This document shows positions 51,253 to 64,000 of a DNA stretch of 64,000 bases, piece after piece. The DNA comes from Octopus vulgaris (lineage: Eukaryota). Positions within the stretch are counted from its first letter, which is position 1. Each line of letters begins with the position of its first letter. The DNA lies in the NCBI GenBank assembly GCA_951406725.2, contig OX597819.1, forward strand, positions 107,446,001 to 107,510,000. The letters are read 5' to 3'. A program made the position numbers and the translations under genes. The notes under the pieces are model-generated. The model saw nothing but the letters and a program-made list of their open reading frames with translations. It searched no databases and was not told the origin of the DNA.

Positions 51253-51847
51253 TCTATAAATCTGAAATGCGAAAAGTTTGTTTGTCTGGTTTTGGTATTG
51301 GAACGGGTTAAAGGCCACTAAATCTCGTCGGATTGACTCCAAAATTTACAGGGACATGTAAAATGGGGTGAGGATGCGAGTGGGCTTGTTTAGAAATCCC
51401 TATCTTAAAAGGTGTCGTTACTAGGGCAAAAAACGCACACTTTGACAAGTCATCTTTCCTTCTCATATCTGCATGTCTTCCTCCATCTCTCTCTGTTTCC
51501 TCCCTTCCCATCACTTTCTCTCTATAACGACGTTTGACAGATACTACTATCTTTCCCCCGCTGCCTTCGCCAGCGCTGTCCCTCTTTCCCCCACCGCGTC
51601 CCTCTCTGTATGTCTGTCTGCATTCATAGAGAGTTTTATTATCGACACCACCACCACCACCACCACACAATCATGTGAACAAATATTATGACTCAGATGT
51701 GTGTGTGTGTTCTATATATAAATACGTATATATAATGTATATATACAAAGTGTATATATCTGCATTTATATATATATATATATATATATAATTTGTATAC
51801 ATTTGTATATATAATGCGTATACACACACACATACATACACACACAT

Positions 51848-51886
<39 letters not shown>

Positions 51887-52763
51887 ATGTGTGCATTATG
51901 TGGTCGGTTGAGCTGAAAATATGCACACCTATGTTAAAAGTGCTGGCGAGTTTGCATGGCAACTATTTTTTCCTCAAATGAAAGGTGTGACCTCTAGGAC
52001 AAAATTCCTCATCTTATAGAATGTGGCCCGAGTAGACCTGAATGAAATCGGGTTATATTAACCAAAATGTGAAAAGGGGTCTAAATGGGGCTGAAAGGGG
52101 ATTAAAATTTACAGGAGCGGGTGTTTAGGTATTCTCTATTACATCAAGCTAAAAAAATTGCGCCAGCCTTTAAATGTGTTGCCGTCCATGATGAAGAAGT
52201 TTTGAATGCTTGCCATGGTGAGTCTACTGTCGTGAGAAAGAATCACTTCAAAACTTGGTGTTTAGGAATTTTCTTTTACATCAAGTTCAAAATTTTACGC
52301 CAGCCTTTAAACTGCCAATACGTTGCTGTCCGTCGTTAAGAAATGCCAGAAATCTACTATCCTCAGATTCTATCCCTTCAAACGTTGGTTTCCAATATTT
52401 TTTTTTTTATTCAGCTCGCAAGTTCGTCTGTCCCTTTTAAATGTTAGTGTTTTGCTGTATGCGTTGAAGCGGACCTTTCCGTTGTCACTGCCTGATATTT
52501 ATGATTGATCTTTCAATATATTTACTCTTTCAACTTACTCAAGATCTTTTGTTGTTTATAAATAGGAGAGAGAGAGAGATAGAGAGATAGAGAAAGATAG
52601 AGTAAGAGAAAGCGAGAGTGAGTCCGAGAGAAAGGAAGAGTAAGAGAGTGGGAAAGTGAGAGAGAAACAAAGAGGGAGAATGTGGTGATAAAAAACAGAA
52701 AGGAAGCAACAGAAAGTAACAACCACACTCTTACCCGCGCGTAGAGCGGGTCACCTTAGGCTA

Positions 52764-52764
<1 letters not shown>
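51253..52764 (+). mobile_element. non-autonomous Helitron
   Basis: A|TCtataaat 5' end; 3' hairpin acccgc/gcgggt (52733-51) then CTAG|T. Pairing of these two ends is inferred. Confidence 0.7.
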
Positions 52765-52796
<32 letters not shown>

Positions 52797-53299
52797 GCGT
52801 TTGTGTGAATGCATGAACGGATGGATTTCTTCATTTCTCTAAAACGTTGCGGCTGTTGTTTCAGCAAGGCAAATACTCGACAAGACCCGTCAGGAAGTTA
52901 GTATATATACAATGATTAGGTTTAGCGAATATTAGGCTTCCTGAAACGGCGGTAGTCATATTCTAAGGTTGTGAATAAATAAAGCCTTTAGAATAGTGGA
53001 TTATGGACCAATACGATCGAAATAACGTATTCATCAATTTCGCATATACATATACACACAGTTACATTTATGCTTTTATAACTGTTTCACGTGTATATGT
53101 ATGAATGCATATATGTTTGTATATATCTGTGTGTGTATATATATGTATGTATGTATATGTGTGTGTATGTGTTTGTGTGTGCGTATATACATGAAGGCAT
53201 ATATATACTTGTTTTTATATCACATATATGTGTGTATTCGTGCATGCTTATATAGTTTTACTTATATGCACTTACGTATATAAGTCTGAAAATGCGGAT

Positions 53300-54150
53300 G
53301 TATATAAAGACAGATCCGTTGCTGCAAGCCTTTCTTCAATGCTTTCAGCACGTAGAGAAATATCATGATATGATCCCGGTTTATTAATTTAGTATGAAAT
53401 TCGGGTGTCAGCGTATGCCCGTAACATGATTAAGGCGATCAGTGATGCAATGAAATTATTCTTAATCAAGCAGTCTAAGAATAAAATGTTCCTTATTGAC
53501 AAGTTAATAACATACGGTAATATCCACCTCAGTTCCAAAACTGATCCTATTCTTCTTATGTAAGTATACAATATCAACGATTCGAAAGATATGTTGTACA
53601 ATATTGATATAATGACTTAATCTAGTAAGGCAATTAATACTGCATTTATTGCTAGAAGCTTTACAATCAATTTTATCGAAATGCTTATACAGACGGGAGG
53701 GTAGTAAAATTGTTATGTATCATATAACGCATCCCTCTGAGTTTGTGATAATTTGCGAAGTGAAGCATATTAGCTGATGTTTCTAGTTGGCTGAAAGGCT
53801 AACGAGGTTTAAGTTGTAAATTCAGATCTTATCGTTTATGTTGGACAGTAGTCAGAACAGCTCTTCCCAATGTTTAATATAAGACGTACAAACAAGGAAT
53901 ACCAAACTATTTTCCTTGTTCTACCGCTACTGTTGCGGACAGCCATATTTTCTTACCGCTACTGTAGTGGACAGCCATTGCCCCTACGAATTGATTGGGC
54001 TTATGTCATCTCTACTGGAATCCAATTTGCCTCTCTCCATCCCACCATGTTTACTGTATCAAACACACCTAGCTACGTACAAATTACTACACACAATATT
54101 TCGTTCTCAGATCGTCGGCCCTCTGGAGTTCCTTTCCCGTAAATATCATT
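53300..54150 (-). pseudogene. possible highly degraded Penelope-like RT
   Basis: ILFLDCLI..YADTRISY resembles the PLE FLD motif; weak evidence. Confidence 0.35.
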
Positions 54151-54591
54151 CTCACAAAGCAGGAATGATTATGGTTTGATCAATTTACCTTTCTGAATAA
54201 TGATTATGATAATCTATCAAAACCAGGAACTTCGTGTATAGTGATTTTTGTTACTGAGTTTCTTTGTTAATACTTTATACTATCACCTCCTAAATTACCT
54301 TTAATTTATTTCTCCTCTGTATATATATAGCCTTTGTTAGGGCATCCTTCTAGGAGAAGATAACTCAGGTAACTGGGATGACTCCGACATAAAACTTGCG
54401 GCTCGGTGGTTACCGAAGATGTTGACTTGTTCTTCTTTTCGGATTATGGCTGCTGTTGCTTAGTGAGTGGGATTCACTCAGTGCGCAGTATTTCCTCACT
54501 TTAAAAAAATTCTTCTTGCACTGGCATTGCACGATAACAACATTAATTAAGCTTCGTGCAATGGCCATACTCGATAACGAGGGGGCAGCCA

Positions 54592-54633
<42 letters not shown>

Positions 54634-54683
54634 CTTCTGCTATATTCTTTCGCAAGTTAATTGAAAGAAAAATCTTTTTATAC

Positions 54684-54802
54684 TTCCTGCACTGAAGAGT
54701 ACAATGATATATATATAATTAAATTAATTTAATTTATTTAATCTAATTCAATCGTGAATTTTCCTTGTTTTTATATCTCCACGAAACGATCGTCTGCAAG
54801 AA
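54684..54802 (+). ncRNA. type I hammerhead ribozyme with long AT-rich stem II
   Basis: Stem I ttc.tgca/tgca.gaa; core CTGAAGA 54692-98; stem II closes gt/ac; GAAAC-GATC-GTC 54783-94; predicted cleavage after C54794. Confidence 0.8.
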
Positions 54803-55147
54803 TTAAAGTTCTGTCATATATTTTAACAATTAGTCTTCTCCATTTTAAACTGAATTGATGAGATTTTTTGGACTTCTTTCCATAAATTAATCATACATCA
54901 TAAACAAATGTTACTTTCATATCTTCGCAAATTTACGCTTGTAATCTACCAGCAAAATAAGAAGAATCAATATTAGAAATCATGTTTGGAAACCTCCAAA
55001 TTAAAGGACGAATCAGCATTCACTCTTTCACCATCCCTCTCATATGTATGTAATACAATTTACTGAACTTAAGTTTTTTAATATGCTAGACCACTGGTGT
55101 TAAATTGATGTTATCAAATTAATATCCAATTTTTCATCCTCATTTTG

Positions 55148-55213
<66 letters not shown>

Positions 55214-55362
55214 CATGCACGCGTACGTGTGTAGGAACTTGACTCAGTTTAACCTTGCTTGAAGTTTCGGAGGAGAAAATGTGCACTAATATTTTCAAAC
55301 TTCAAAGAATCAGTTTGAGGATGCAAACGCATATCTGTTCTTATCTACAAATTTTTGAATAA

Positions 55363-56230
55363 CTAGCATTAAAGACCCGTCGTTGCCGGGTCATAGTGCT
55401 AGTGCATGTATATATGTGTATATATTACATGTACACCTATATATATATACATCTACACATAAAATACAAAATACAAAGTTATATCTCGATATCGCTAGTG
55501 ATAACAATACTCAAAATATATAACAGACTGGAATTGTTAGCCCATCTCTTGTAATTTCGATCAATTGTATCTTGTCCTCCCTCTTGTATAGAAGTGTGGC
55601 AACAATCCAGCCTACCTCTACCTATGGGGGGATCATTTTAAATTTTTTCCGGGACGTCCTACGTCCCAGGTATAAAGGTAAAAATAAAATATTTCTACTT
55701 TGCAAGTTCGAGTCGAGTACTCCCTTGCACGCTCCGTTGACTCGAAACTTGCTTCTATTGTGGCGAATTTACCGCCTCTGATTAGATACCTTTCATAGTC
55801 GCACCAAGACACTTTTCGAAAGTGCTTTCCTCCGTGTGTTCAAATCTTCTTTTTTCTCTACATTGTATACTTTATAGAAAATAGCTTTTTCTTTAATTTA
55901 ATTTTTTATTATCCATCTGAACTATTCCATTTCTGCACGCTAATTTTATTTTTAATTTAATTCCCATTCATGTGAAACCACTTATTCAAGTTCAAGTCAT
56001 TGATGCAATTTTATACCAATTGCTATTTTTACTTTTGTTATGTTACGATTATATTATACTTTAGTTTGGTTTTAATTATTACTTACTACATATAATTCAA
56101 TTGTTATAATTATTTTTATTGTTAAAGTGAAAGTATCTGACATAAAATAGAGAAACGTTTTTGTTTTACTTTTAACACGTAATACTGAAATAGTGGAGAA
56201 GATATGATATTGCTATGGGCTCGCTCTAAA
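55363..56230 (-). mobile_element. non-autonomous Helitron, 3' portion
   Basis: a|ctag at 55363, hairpin gacccg/cgggtc at 55374-92; shares a block with 50382-50487. Confidence 0.65.
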
Positions 56231-56247
56231 TAAACACACACACACAC

Positions 56248-56319
<72 letters not shown>

Positions 56320-56486
56320 GTGTGTGTGTGTGTTTATTTACGATTCACAGCGGAAAAGAGTCCACTTGTCATCAATTGTTGTCAACTTACTCCCTTTCTC
56401 CATAAAGCTACGTATTGGTCACACTCACCATTGATGCCCTTCATGGGCGTTTTAAAAGTTACTTATGTGTATGTGCATAGTTTGTC

Positions 56487-56537
<51 letters not shown>

Positions 56538-56559
56538 ATTAATGATTGTATGTATGCCG

Positions 56560-58510
56560 CGTCGATTTCAGGCATTATTCTCCCCTGTTTGACTTCACAT
56601 ATTTAAAATCTTAACTTTTTTTTTACTGAAGCAAATTTCAAATTTTGTTGCTCAAAATGTAGCCTAGGAGGTGACCAATTTCAAACAGTATAAGCATTAT
56701 CAAACTTGGTACAAAGCTGAATTGGTGACAGTGTAGAATTGTTCGCGAGTGAGTAAATGTTGACCTTAAGAATATTATTCACACACGGCCGTGTGTGAAT
56801 GATATTTATTACAATATAGTGTATTCTACGAGGTAGATCTTTGCAAGATACCTAAATACTGAATTGAGTCAAATATTTTGCAATATTAGTTTCCAATTTT
56901 GGCAGAAATCCATCAAATCCGGAGGAGATTGAAGTTGATTACAAAGGCCTCAGCACTCAGCTGATATTCATTTCATCGAGTACCGAAAAGATAAAAGGTA
57001 AAGACAAACTTCGCTGAATTTGAACTCAGAATATAGACACAGACAAAACGCCACGAAGTTTTTTCCTTACGTGTTAGCCAGCCCGCCTGCTCGTGGTCTT
57101 CGTAATGTAATGAGTAATAATATTACTTGAAAATTGTTTTACGTACTTTTAGCACATTTTACCTATATAATAACTTTTTTATTTTGAATATTATTTTGAA
57201 ACGACTGGCACCACGACACTCGCCTTAATGAGTTCTGTCATATGAGTTAAACAAGAGCAAAATGTTTTCACAAAAACAAAATGATTATGTTTTGAATTTG
57301 CTTTTAAGCGTTACCACTGTTTTCAGCACATTTGACCCCAATAGTTTTATTTTAATTTTTTATATATAATTAGCATCATCGGATCCCTCTAGTAGAGATC
57401 TAACAGAAAAGTTAATTTACATAAAGTTTTCTTTTGAAAGAAAAATAGTATTTGGAATCAAATTTGATTTCAGGTCTTAATCTTCTTTTTCACGCCGACT
57501 TTTACCTTAGTACATTTTTGCTACTGAATATCATTGCATATAACTAACATGGATAGATTCCTAGTGTCAAGATCTATCATATAAACTACGATAAAATATA
57601 GATTTATTTTTTTAAAAATATTTTGACTCAAAGTCGATTTCAGGCGTAATTTTCCCATTCGTGGCCTCACATAATTGACTCAAACTTTTTTTATATGGAA
57701 CGAATTTTCACATTCTTGAAATGTAGCTTATGACGTGAACAATCTTCAAATGTAAACATCATCTAATTAGGTTAAAACCACCGAGTTAAGGACAAAGCGT
57801 AGAAGTGGTCGCGAGTGAGTAAATGTTAATCTTAGGAATATTATTCACACACTACTGTGTGTGAATGATGTTTTTTAAAAAGCCTAGCACTAAAACACTC
57901 GTCGCGATGAGTTCAAAACAAAAACATTTTAGATTCTGAATTTGATTTTAGGCCTTACCTATTTTTTAGGCACATGTGGCCCCAGAAGTTTTATATTTAA
58001 TAATTTATTTTGATATGATTGGTATCATCGGATTCTTCTAATAGAGATTTATCAGAAAAATTTAATTTAAAAATAGTTTTCACTTGAAATAAGGATATTT
58101 GGAGTCAAAGTCGATTTCAGGCGTTAATCTCCTTTCTTTTTGCCGGTTTTTACATCAATACTTTTTTCTACTGAGTATTTTTACATATAACTAACATGGA
58201 TAGATTCCTGTCGTCGAGATCAATGATATAAGCTAAAATAAAATACAGATTTCTTTATAAAAAAATGTATTTTGACTCAAAGTCGATTTCAGGCGTTACT
58301 GTCCTGTTTTTGGCTTCAAACATTTTACTGGAACTTTTTCTACAGAAGTCTATTTGAAAATTTTGTAGCTGAAAATGTAGCTTATGATGTGACCAATCTA
58401 AAAATGTAAACATCATATAATATGATTAAAAACTGAGTTAGTGGCTACGTTGTGAGTGAGTAAAATGTTGACCTTAAGAATATTACTCTCACACTACCGT
58501 GTGGGAATGA
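56560..58510 (-). mobile_element. three co-oriented copies of a ~640-bp non-autonomous Helitron (56560-56802 partial, 57205-57868, 57884-58510)
   Basis: Each starts (minus) TCattc.caca with a hairpin; copy 3 ends actc..gagt plus CTAG; copies 2 and 3 align along their length. Confidence 0.7.
56888..57095 (-). mobile_element. diverged SINE (7109 family)
   Basis: gaatttgaactcagaa and flanking blocks. Confidence 0.65.
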
Positions 58511-58519
58511 AATATAAGG

Positions 58520-59620
58520 TTTCAGTCAAAAAATTAATAATACAGAGGCGACTAATGGCAGTGTTGAAATAGGAGACACCTGTTCGAATCCATTTGTTTG
58601 CATAAACGTTTCCACAAACATTATGAGACACTTCTTAACCTTAATAAATGTGTACTCTCTATTACTCTTAGACACCACAAAATCTTCATGTACTATATGA
58701 AAGTTAGATACAGTCACTTGGCAAAATACGATCGCAAATACTTTACAAGAGTAATGTAAGTGATAGCGCACAGGATCTCCAGCGTGAATGCAATGATAGG
58801 TATATAACCAGCATGGTTTCTCCAAGTAAGAAGTATCTTGGAAAGAACTATGATGTTTTAGGCAATGACAGGATACAGATGATGCAAAAGGGCCTCATAG
58901 AAAATACATTCATGTGCCACATAGCACATCTTATTTAGACATTGAAAGAAGAGCCATTCCATCTCCTTTTCAAAATTATTTACGAACCGAAAGGAAAATG
59001 CAATAACCGACCCTAGTGGCGGAAAATACAAAATAAATTAAATTAAAATACAAAAACAAAGCTTCTATTACTTGCTCAAGCTGTAAAGATCTTAAGCAAA
59101 ACGGAAGAGACTTTTCAATTTTTGTATATACAAGAGCTTCCAACTCCAAACCTTCAAGCATATCCTGTCTCCGTCGCACGCCAGCTAGATTATCTATTAA
59201 ACTTCCATATTCTTAACCCCCCCCCTTTCACCATATCTCGTAGCATCAGATGTATTCCTTACGATCTCAAAATTTCTATTTATGTTATGGCTCGAATACA
59301 ATCATTAGGACTGTCTGTTTCTCTTTAATCGAGAGAAAAGTTTGCTCCACCATATGACAACGAGGTACTATAGAGTAAGGTACATCCCTTAAAAATGCAT
59401 GTATTCTGAGTGTCGCAGCCAGAAGAGTAATCTGAATTCTAATCTGCGAGAATAAAACGCACACAACCATTAACACTTTGCATAACATCTGTTTAGGCTA
59501 CCATAGAATCATATAATGAGACATAACCCGGAATTGTTTCTTAGCACTGTACCAGAGTGGGCCAACACCACACAACTCAATAACCAGTCATGTATAGACA
59601 CGAACTTACAATAATATTGT
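58520..59620 (-). pseudogene. possible highly degraded Penelope-like element
   Basis: FLRDVPYSIVPR resembles the PLE IPYS..LR thumb motif; weak evidence. Confidence 0.3.
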
Positions 59621-62289
59621 CTTCAACTTCAAACATAAAACAGCTTAAACGGCTTACAGTACACAGCAGTAGATGTATATATTACAATTACGCTAAAATT
59701 ATTTTTATGAATACGTATCGCTGAAACATCGCCCGCTCTCCATATATCATATATCCGGGTTATATATATTCATGCCACCATGACTCGACATTGCTATGTT
59801 ATACATAATAGACATATTTGACCGTGGGATATAATTTATAACGTGACATAGACTGTTATAATAGCTATGGTATTTCAATGTTGCATTATAAAGCATAATT
59901 AAGAATGATCGCTAGAGAAAAGACATAGACAGAGGCGGAGAGAGGATTTCCTACTTTTTTTTACTCTCTTTCACTTCTTTTTACACCATTTTATTCATTT
60001 ATATTCTCATTTGTTGAAGTATGAAGAGAGAAGGGAAAACATACACATACATACATACATACGAACATACACATACATACACATATATACAAGCATACAT
60101 ACTCACACATATAGACATAAATGCGCACATACACATACATACATATATATCTATATATAAATGTATTCACCTATACATATATATGTGTATATATGCATGC
60201 ATGCTTGTATGTTTGAATGACTGTCTCTAATTGTGTATGTTCATGTACATACACATGTTTATACATCTATACCACACATTCAAGTATACAAGTATGTTTA
60301 TACACACAAACATACATACATACATGCATACATACATACATACATGCATACATACATACATACATACATACATACATACATACATACATACATACATACA
60401 TACATACATACATACATACATGCATTACATATATATATATATATATACTGGTATCGAGTAATCCGTTTTCTATTACTTACTGTAACATATACACAGGTAA
60501 TGTATGCGTAAATAATACACACAAATATGAATATATATAAAAAGAGAGGGAGGTGGATGAAGAGAGAGAGAGAGAGAGAATATCAAAACATGTCGGAGCG
60601 CACAAGTACAAATCAAGATGGAGTAAACAGTGTTCGAATATCATTTATTGGAGCTGAAAACGTCACACCGAGTTCTAAGAAACCGCCCAACAGACGGAAA
60701 CGAACTTCCAGTCCTTCAGAACTAAGTAAATGTATCTGCTATCTTTGGCTAATGATATACAGAGCCATAAAGACATGATGTAATTGAAAGTTACACCAGA
60801 CTTACGGAATACACCATCGAGAGCAGAGTCAACTAGCATATATAGAAGTTCATGTTCAGAGAAGGAAAATGAAATACAGTGGAGTTGAACACGTCCGTAT
60901 ATACTGAAGCAAAACTAACACTTTCCTCTATACATAAATATATTACAAAGATTAAGTGTATGTCCATTTGAGAATTTCTACAACCTAGCTCAAGGATACC
61001 TTTTTCTGGTACTTGACAGACAAAAAATAAGGAACTACTTCACTCATGCAAATATTTTGGGTGTAAAATAGTGGTTAAATGGATTTCCCATTGGAGTGGC
61101 TTCTCCTTGATACTCAAATCTCTATACAATACACATCAGACTTATTCAGAGACATACTGGCTCACTACGAATGCTATCAACAACGTCTGAAAGCTTTATG
61201 TATATTTTACTAGAAGCTAAGAGTAATGTCGAAACTGAATTTCCTCTTGCTTATTATTCTGTTAACCTTTTCATACATCTACACTCTCCTTCGCTATTCT
61301 TCTCTCTTATTATTTCCCTCCCCACGAGCATACTTAAAATTCACATTCTAAAACAATTTCCTACTTGATGGTATGAGTTGATATCCAGATGAATAGGAAT
61401 TATGAAATTAAAATTTATTCGTTTTAAATCTGTAGCTGCACCATCATATATAAATAACGGAAGGAGAAAACACTTCGACTAATTATAAAATAATTCTTTT
61501 TGAAAACAAATAAACTTTTATCTGTGGAAACAAACAATCTTTTCAGAGATTTGTGACCTTTCACATTCAATATCTTTTATGATATTTCTAGCGGCAGTAT
61601 TGAACGAGAATAAGCAAAGATGTAAAACAAACTTGCATACATTCATGAATAAATAAGTTATACAAAATGTTATTTTTTTTCATGCTAGATATTTTTGCTT
61701 TTATATTCTTTTACTGTTTTATTCTTCTATTTTCAATAATTTCAGTCTTCACAGCGTCGTCAAGAATATATGATGTTGTTAAACACCGCTGGTCACCAAG
61801 CACATCATAGTATAGTTGTAGCTTTTGAATAATGCATGCCACTCCATTGGATTGGCACGCAAACAGGCATTCCCTGTATGGAACACCGGTCCGTCATAAG
61901 ATGAATGGAGTGCAACATCGGGAAATGAAGTGTTCCCTCAAGAAAAAAATGGACTTCTGGTTTTGTTATCGAAGCCACAATTTTGTAATCGTGTGTGCAA
62001 CAGCGTAACCGTTAGGCATCGCCATATCACACGCACGCACACACACACACACAAACACACACATGCGCGCACACATACACAAATACATACGCACGAACAT
62101 ACACAGAATCACACGCACGTGTGTGTGTATTAAGGAAAAAGAAAAAGAAGTAAAACGTTTATGATAAAATTTTATTTAAGGGATGTTATGTTTATGTAAT
62201 CACGGAGTTTCACTGTTTTAATTGTATTAAGATTTTGAAATTAATGATGTTATAAGTTTTGTGAAATGGAAGTGATATGACAATCGGTG

Positions 62290-62960
62290 CGTGTGCGATC
62301 GGTCGGCTGATAGTTGCAGATGACACAGTGCTACTGGGTACATCAGTAGAAGGTGATCCCCAGCAAGCAATGAATCGTTTCTCTGATGAGGGCTGTGAAA
62401 CAGGGATGGAAATAAGGGTTGCGAAGACTGAGATATTGATCCTTTTAAGAAAGACTCCCCATTGCATTTTCCATGTTAGTTGAATATTATGAGATAAATG
62501 GAGCAGTCCAAATATTTCAGGGTCACATTCTCGAATGATGGTGAAGCTAGAGTATGAATTCGGTGCTAGAATTGCAGGAGTCGGCATTGCTGTGCGCGCT
62601 TATTCGCGAGCCCCAGTATTCGATAATCACACGATGAGAGGTTGATGGAAAGAAACCACAATATGGTTTGCGTCCTTATCTTTTCTTTCCCCTATGGTTA
62701 CAGCACCGGTACTACGAACGTGTGATTAGAATATTACAGAAAAGAATCGCATTACGAATTCTACAAGGCGAGAGACATAAGTGTAGACCAGAATGAAAAA
62801 GATGGATAATTTTAGTCTCCGTTGAGCATGTCTGGGAATCCGGACGGAAAGCTGTATCTGACAGGATACAATAGACGAGGTGCCTGAGGATTCTATACAC
62901 ACTGGCCTCCCAGGAATTGTGCATTAACAAGATGAATGGATAATTTCATGGCTTCCTGAC
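62290..62960 (+). mobile_element. RTE-clade LINE RT remnant
   Basis: LIVADDTVLL..DPQQAMNRFSD.CETGMEI..AKTEIL; then KYF.VTFSNDG.LEYE..ARI. Confidence 0.7.
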
Positions 62961-63339
62961 TGGCTCTTGTAGGCGATGTTATAATTTCACATTAGAAGTT
63001 GATGACGGCAGGGAAGATGATAAATGGCTGTAATTGAAATTAACTAAGGAATTAATTCATAGAATTTTGATTTTTGCTCGTTAATTGTAGAACTAACCGT
63101 GATTCTAATAAAAAGTAATTAATTAGATCTCAGTAAAATTAATAATCAATGTTTATTCGATGTGCAGGGCTGTCAGCATATGTAATCTATATATCTGCTG
63201 TTGTTAAGATGTTTTCTAGCTACATTAATAGGATGAAAATATTCTAAAATTTGGCTCGAGATTTCGATTTTATATAACTTTGTGATCATCGAGAAATATG
63301 ACTATCAATAGGGTAATAATAATATTTTCTGTTATGCAC

Positions 63340-63895
63340 TTAAGGCCTGGATTTTGGGGGAAGGATTAAGTCGGCTACATCTACTCCAGTGCTCAACTGG
63401 TACTTATTTCATCGAACCCGAAAGGATAGAAGCAAAGTCGATCTCGGTGGTATTTGAACTCAGAACAGAAAGACGGACAGAATATTTATTTCTTTACTGA
63501 CCACAAGGGGCTAAACACAGAGAGGACAAACAAGGACAGATAAAACGGATTAAGTCGATTATATCGACTCCAGTGCGTAACTGGTACTCATTTAGTCGAC
63601 CCCGAAAGGATAAAAGGCAAAGTCGACCTCGGCGGAATTAGAACTCGGAACGTAGCCGCAGACGAAATACCTATGTTTTTACTACCCACAAGGGACTAAA
63701 CACAGAGGGGACAAGCAAGGACAGACAAATGGAGTAAGCGATTACATCGACCCCAGTGCATAACTGGTACTTAATTTATCGACCCCTAAAGGATGAAAGG
63801 CAAAGTCGACCTCGGAGGAATTTGAACGTAACAGCAATGGAATACTGCTAAGCATTTTGCCCGGCGTGCTGACGTTTCCGCCAGCTCGCCGCCTT
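63340..63895 (-). mobile_element. head-to-tail concatemer of three SINE units (7109 family)
   Basis: Units ~63340-63483, 63484-63670 and 63671-63895; only the rightmost has the head. Confidence 0.85.
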
Positions 63896-64000
63896 TTAAA
63901 AATAGTTCATGAAATGCAAGCTGACTATTTAGCTCTCCTCTCTATCATGATAAGCGATATGGGTAGTAATCCTTTCTATTATAGGCGCAAGGCCTGAAAT

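Noticed and set aside
56740-58510. CRISPR-like array of palindromic repeats
   Set aside because: Eukaryotic context, spacing of hundreds of bases, and homologous intervening sequence.

Overview
AT-rich eukaryotic (animal) genomic DNA with no host protein-coding gene that I can support. It is packed with (TA)n, (CA)n, (GATA)n, (TATG)n and (TTA)n microsatellites and with transposable elements. The SINE and microsatellite repertoire resembles that of octopus/coleoid cephalopods; this is an inference from pattern recognition, not a database match. Most ORFs in the track are microsatellite artefacts. The real coding remnants are: mariner, maT and Tc1 transposases; Tx1/L1, R4/Dong (RLE), CR1-group and RTE LINE fragments; and Penelope-like element (PLE) RT/GIY-YIG fragments. 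Several tRNA-derived SINE families, non-autonomous Helitrons and MITE-like foldbacks are also present. Most interesting: (1) a head-to-tail array (43.66-47.19 kb) of a ~1.7-kb retroelement encoding only an ORF1/gag-like CCHC protein. Its 3' region carries an RNA hairpin with compensatory base changes and a 3' tail shared with local SINEs, suggesting a HAL1/HeT-A-like non-autonomous system. (2) Minimal type I hammerhead ribozymes with intact cores (4164-4249, 54684-54802), a U3-A8 core variant (33153-33190, minus) and several degenerate ones. (3) R4/Dong fragments and SINEs alternating inside (TTA)n arrays. (4) Several long foldbacks built from element ends. All coordinates were read by eye; element boundaries are approximate unless termini are stated.
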